DNA of 64,000 nucleotides from Verrucomicrobiia bacterium (GTDB lineage Bacteria; Verrucomicrobiota; Verrucomicrobiia; Limisphaerales; JAJOIW01): NCBI GenBank assembly GCA_030425355.1, contig JAUIAG010000001.1, positions 790 to 64,789 of the forward strand, read 5' to 3'. Shown piece by piece: positions 60,661 to 64,000 of this stretch (position 1 is its first letter; each line of letters starts with the position of its first letter). The notes under the pieces were generated by a model. It saw only the letters and a program-made list of their open reading frames with translations, ran no database searches and was not told where the DNA came from. The position numbers and the translations under genes were made by a program.

Positions 60661-62196
60661 TTACCGGCGCGGCCCGGCTGCTTCCATGGCTCCGTAATCC
60701 GGCAACCTGGCCAGAAACCGTTCAAGCGCCCCCCGGTGTTCGCCGACAATCCGTCGAATGTCTGGATCATCGGAATTGGCGAGGTTGTTGAACTGCTGCG
60801 GGTCAGCCTCCATGTCGTAGAACTCTTCAGCGCCACTCCGATATTGCATGTAGGCATATCTCTCTGTGCGCCAGAGATGGCCTCTGCCTGTGCACGAGTG
60901 CACCCCTTCCCGAAGAGACCTTTCATCTCCCTTCAGCAGCGGCGATATATCAACGCCCTGACACTTTTCAGGAACTGCCAGCCCGCACAGTGTCGCGATG
61001 GTGGGATAGATGTCAACATGGGCGGCAAGCCGCGATGAGACCCCGGGCCGGATGCCAGGACCGGAAACGATCATCGGCACTCTGACTGATTCCTCATGCA
61101 GGCTCACCTTCTGCCACAATTCGTGCTCTCCAAGATGATAGCCGTGATCGCTGGTGAAGATGACGATTGTGTTGCCGGCCAGTTCCAGTGCGTTGAGTGA
61201 ATCAAGTATCAGCTGAACCTGGGCATCCATGTAGCTGACTGCGGCGGAATAGGCCTTGATTACAGCCCTTTTCCGGCCGGGTTTTCCTGCTATACCGAGT
61301 GCTTCGGAATTCAGGCTTATGCCCTCGGATGGAATATCATCCCGATCACCTTCAGGAACATCGGGAAGTTCCGGCACAGCATCGCGGTATGTCTCAAAAT
61401 AATTTGACGGCGCGACAAGCGGCACATGGGGCCGCACAAAACCGACTGCGAGAAAAAATGGCTCATGTCGATCTGCGTGAGCCTGCATGATTCTGATGGC
61501 CCGCTGAGCGGCCTGGGCGTCCGGTTGTTCCATGCCGTCGGTGTAGGTCTCGACAGCATAGAATGCAGTCCCGAAGCCCAGACCGTAGTGGGCTGTGGGA
61601 TTGAACCGCAGCTTATGGTTTGAATAAAGATTGTGGACACCGTAACTCATCCACTCCGGTCCGCGGCAGTTGAACTTTTCCGTCCATGAGGCCCTGTGAT
61701 CGGGCCCGTCGACGCCGGCGGTGATATCGCCGGGAACCCGCATGTGATATATCTTTCCAACCCGGACAGTGTAGTAGCCGCTGTGACGGAAGTATTCAGG
61801 CCACGCGGGATGACCGGCTGCGGTCAGGTTCCGGTCCAGTCTCGAAGCGGCCCCGTTCCCCATTACACCCACAGATGGAGAATACATCGAGGCCATAAGT
61901 GCCGCCCTGGCGGCACCGCACACCGGAAACTGGCAGTATGCCCGGTCAAACCGCATGCCCGCAGATGCCAGATTGTCTATGGCCGGGGTTTTCACCATCT
62001 GATTCCCGTAGCACCCAAGCGCCCCGGCCGTCAGATCATCCGAAATGATAAAGAGGATGTTGGGACGGGTGTGGCCTGTGTCTGTTTCGCCGGCCGATCC
62101 GCTGACAGCAATGAGCCCGGCCATGGCCAGGACGGAAACAAAAACAATCAGGATTAACAGGGATGTCTTTGACGGACTGCGTTGGTGATTTGCCAT
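60661..62196 (-). CDS. Sulfatase, CxAxR variant
   Basis: Start taken at MANHQRSPSKTSLLILIVFVSVLAMAG (TM/signal). NILFIISDDL; active-site box FPVCGAARAALMASMY (C-G-A-A-R); SDHGYHLGEH. Confidence 0.9.
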   Translation of the reverse strand: MANHQRSPSKTSLLILIVFVSVLAMAGLIAVSGSAGETDTGHTRPNILFIISDDLTAGALGCYGNQMVKTPAIDNLASAGMRFDRAYCQFPVCGAARAALMASMYSPSVGVMGNGAASRLDRNLTAAGHPAWPEYFRHSGYYTVRVGKIYHMRVPGDITAGVDGPDHRASWTEKFNCRGPEWMSYGVHNLYSNHKLRFNPTAHYGLGFGTAFYAVETYTDGMEQPDAQAAQRAIRIMQAHADRHEPFFLAVGFVRPHVPLVAPSNYFETYRDAVPELPDVPEGDRDDIPSEGISLNSEALGIAGKPGRKRAVIKAYSAAVSYMDAQVQLILDSLNALELAGNTIVIFTSDHGYHLGEHELWQKVSLHEESVRVPMIVSGPGIRPGVSSRLAAHVDIYPTIATLCGLAVPEKCQGVDISPLLKGDERSLREGVHSCTGRGHLWRTERYAYMQYRSGAEEFYDMEADPQQFNNLANSDDPDIRRIVGEHRGALERFLARLPDYGAMEAAGPRR

Positions 62197-62330
62197 GGAT
62201 GCGAAGAAAAAGTGTGGACCTGCAGATGAAGTTTTTAAGATTGAACCGGTTGAGATGCTACGGGTGAAAGGCTGATCTGTCACTCCCGGATTGTCCGTGT
62301 ATTTTGTTCTCAAAAATAAGGCTTGCGGGC

Positions 62331-63638
62331 ATGATGTGGCTCATGCGGGACAACGCTGAAGCAGGCAGCAGGAAACTGGGACTGCCAGGGGCCATATCCA
62401 TGGTGATTGCCAGTATGATCGGTGTCGGTGTCTTCACCACCTCCGGTTTTCTGGCAGCGGACCTCGGTTCGAGGCCGCTGATAATTCTGGCGTGGCTTTG
62501 TGGTGGAGTCATCGCGATGCTCGGGGCTTTAACCTACGCATCGCTGGCCCGCAGTATTCCGGGGTCAGGCGGAGAATACCGTTACCTCTCGGCTCTGATT
62601 CACCCTCTGGCCGGGTTTCTTGGCGGGTGGGTGTCATTAATTGTCGGATTTTCAGCCCCTCTCGCCGCAGCAGCCATTCTTTTCGGAAAATATATCCATG
62701 AATTTTTCCCGCAGATTTCTTCCGGGTTTTCAGCGACCCTCATCCTCGCTGCATTTCTGCTCATTCAACTGGGCGGGTTTCACATCGCCACCGGTGTTCA
62801 CAAGATAATTGTCCTTCTCAAACTTGTGATGATTGGAGCCTTTTTCCTGCTGATGGCCTCCAGACTCCCGGAACTTCCGGCCCATACCGGCGAACCATTC
62901 AATGCCGGAAGCTTCAGTGTCTCACTTTACTGGATATTTCTCAGTTACAGCGGGTGGAATGCAGCTGTCTACATGAGTCATGAAATCCACGAACCTGAAC
63001 GCAATGTCGGCCGGGCCCTCATAATCGGCACCGCTGTCGTCACCATCCTCTATCTCGGGTTGAATTATGTTTTCATCCACGCCGTGCCTCTGGAAAAGAT
63101 CAGCGGTGAAGCGCTGGTCGCATCCATCGCTGCTGAAGCACTTGGAGGGAAGCCTTTCGCGGATTTAGTGGGAGTCATCATCTGCGGAGGACTTCTTACC
63201 TCCATCTCCGCCATGATGTTCCTCGGGCCCAGGGTCTATGGGAAAATGGCACAGGACGGATTGTTCCCCGCATTCATATCGGGTACTGAACCGCCATTCC
63301 GGCGAGGGACGATCTTTCAGACATCAATCGCCTTAATTATGACATGGAACGCGACTTATGATGCGCTGCTTGGATACATCGGCTTTCTGCTGGGAATATC
63401 GTCGGCACTGTGTGCAGTCGGGCTGGTCTACCGGTGGGTGCGGGACAAACCGCAGGATGCACGGCCCGCCACACCATTTCCGTATATCCCGCTGATCTTT
63501 GCCGCCATCATCCTCGCACAGGTGATTTTCAGCCTCTCACAAAAACCGCCAGTCATATTCTGGGGCGCCATGACACTCGTGGCAGGACTGCCCCTCTATT
63601 TTTTCCAGTCGCGCCCCGCCTCGCGCCAGACTGAATAG
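62331..63638 (+). CDS. APC-superfamily amino acid/polyamine permease
   Basis: About 12 hydrophobic segments and an N-terminal [20 protein letters not shown] motif. ATG 62331 is preferred over TTG 62304. Confidence 0.85.
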   Translation: MMWLMRDNAEAGSRKLGLPGAISMVIASMIGVGVFTTSGFLAADLGSRPLIILAWLCGGVIAMLGALTYASLARSIPGSGGEYRYLSALIHPLAGFLGGWVSLIVGFSAPLAAAAILFGKYIHEFFPQISSGFSATLILAAFLLIQLGGFHIATGVHKIIVLLKLVMIGAFFLLMASRLPELPAHTGEPFNAGSFSVSLYWIFLSYSGWNAAVYMSHEIHEPERNVGRALIIGTAVVTILYLGLNYVFIHAVPLEKISGEALVASIAAEALGGKPFADLVGVIICGGLLTSISAMMFLGPRVYGKMAQDGLFPAFISGTEPPFRRGTIFQTSIALIMTWNATYDALLGYIGFLLGISSALCAVGLVYRWVRDKPQDARPATPFPYIPLIFAAIILAQVIFSLSQKPPVIFWGAMTLVAGLPLYFFQSRPASRQTE

Positions 63639-63715
63639 ACAGAGTATCAATCCGCCTGCATCGGCTTTTCATCAATGAACTTTACAGCCGGAGCCATTGC
63701 GGTGAGAATCCGGAC

Positions 63716-64000
63716 ATGAACCCCATTCATGACGGACCGTCGATCAAAGGCAGGGCCGTATCCACTTCCACACGCGGGCGTGGATTCACCCTGATTGAAC
63801 TGCTGGTCGTCATCGCCATCATCGCCATACTGGCGTCCATGCTGCTTCCGGCGCTCGCCCAGGCAAAGGCAAAGGCGAAAAAAGCCTACTGCCTCAATAA
63901 CCTCAAACAGACCGGGATGGCCATGCTCATGTATTCCCAGGACTACAGGGGGCTCATACCCAGGGGAAACAATGTATTGTGGTTCCTTGCCTACATGCCC
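63716..64000 (+). CDS. Prepilin-type N-terminal cleavage/methylation domain protein (partial, runs off window)
   Basis: Hand translation gives [65 protein letters not shown]... This is the class III signal (G/FTLIELL) typical of abundant PVC pseudopilin-like proteins. The ORF is open at the window end. Confidence 0.85.
   Translation, partial: MNPIHDGPSIKGRAVSTSTRGRGFTLIELLVVIAIIAILASMLLPALAQAKAKAKKAYCLNNLKQTGMAMLMYSQDYRGLIPRGNNVLWFLAYMP

Overview
This is a GC-rich, gene-dense 64-kb chromosomal window with about 48 protein genes on both strands. I found no rRNA, tRNA, CRISPR array, transposase, integrase or phage genes.

All product calls come from reading motifs in the supplied translations; no database search was run.

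**Likely source.** The gene content points to the PVC superphylum, most likely a Verrucomicrobiota-like sulfated-glycan degrader. The evidence is:
- two PSCyt/DUF1549/DUF1553 + DUF1501 gene pairs
- four sulfatases plus a formylglycine-generating enzyme
- a prepilin-type N-methylation protein at the 3' edge
- a 50-aa small basic protein

**Housekeeping genes are interleaved:**
- lysS
- the rpsP, KH-protein, trmD, rplS operon
- efp, trpF, hemB and lepB
- an RluB-type pseudouridine synthase and a Nif3-family protein

**Other content:**
- a five-haem cytochrome c with an embedded PA14 domain, next to a beta-propeller dehydrogenase-like protein
- a SorAB-like sulfite dehydrogenase pair
- a CysJ-like FAD/NADPH half-protein
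- two sensor kinases, one a 1728-aa hybrid

**Most unusual locus.** A two-gene operon at 9809-15416 on the minus strand encodes a secreted Calx-beta-like protein followed by a 1500-aa secreted protein. The large protein fuses a seven-blade FG-GAP propeller to a C-terminal ~580 aa that is collinear with the channel/C-terminal module of Tc-toxin A subunits. No TcB/TcC partner lies in the window.

**Secondary oddities:**
- an orphan ABC ATPase with degenerate Q-loop, signature and H-loop
- an EF-P homologue whose loop tip lacks the canonical Lys
- a 50-aa basic ORF missing from the ORF track
- an AT-hook/winged-helix small protein
- a substrate-binding-protein/OmpA fusion

Start codons are uncertain for several genes and are noted per feature.
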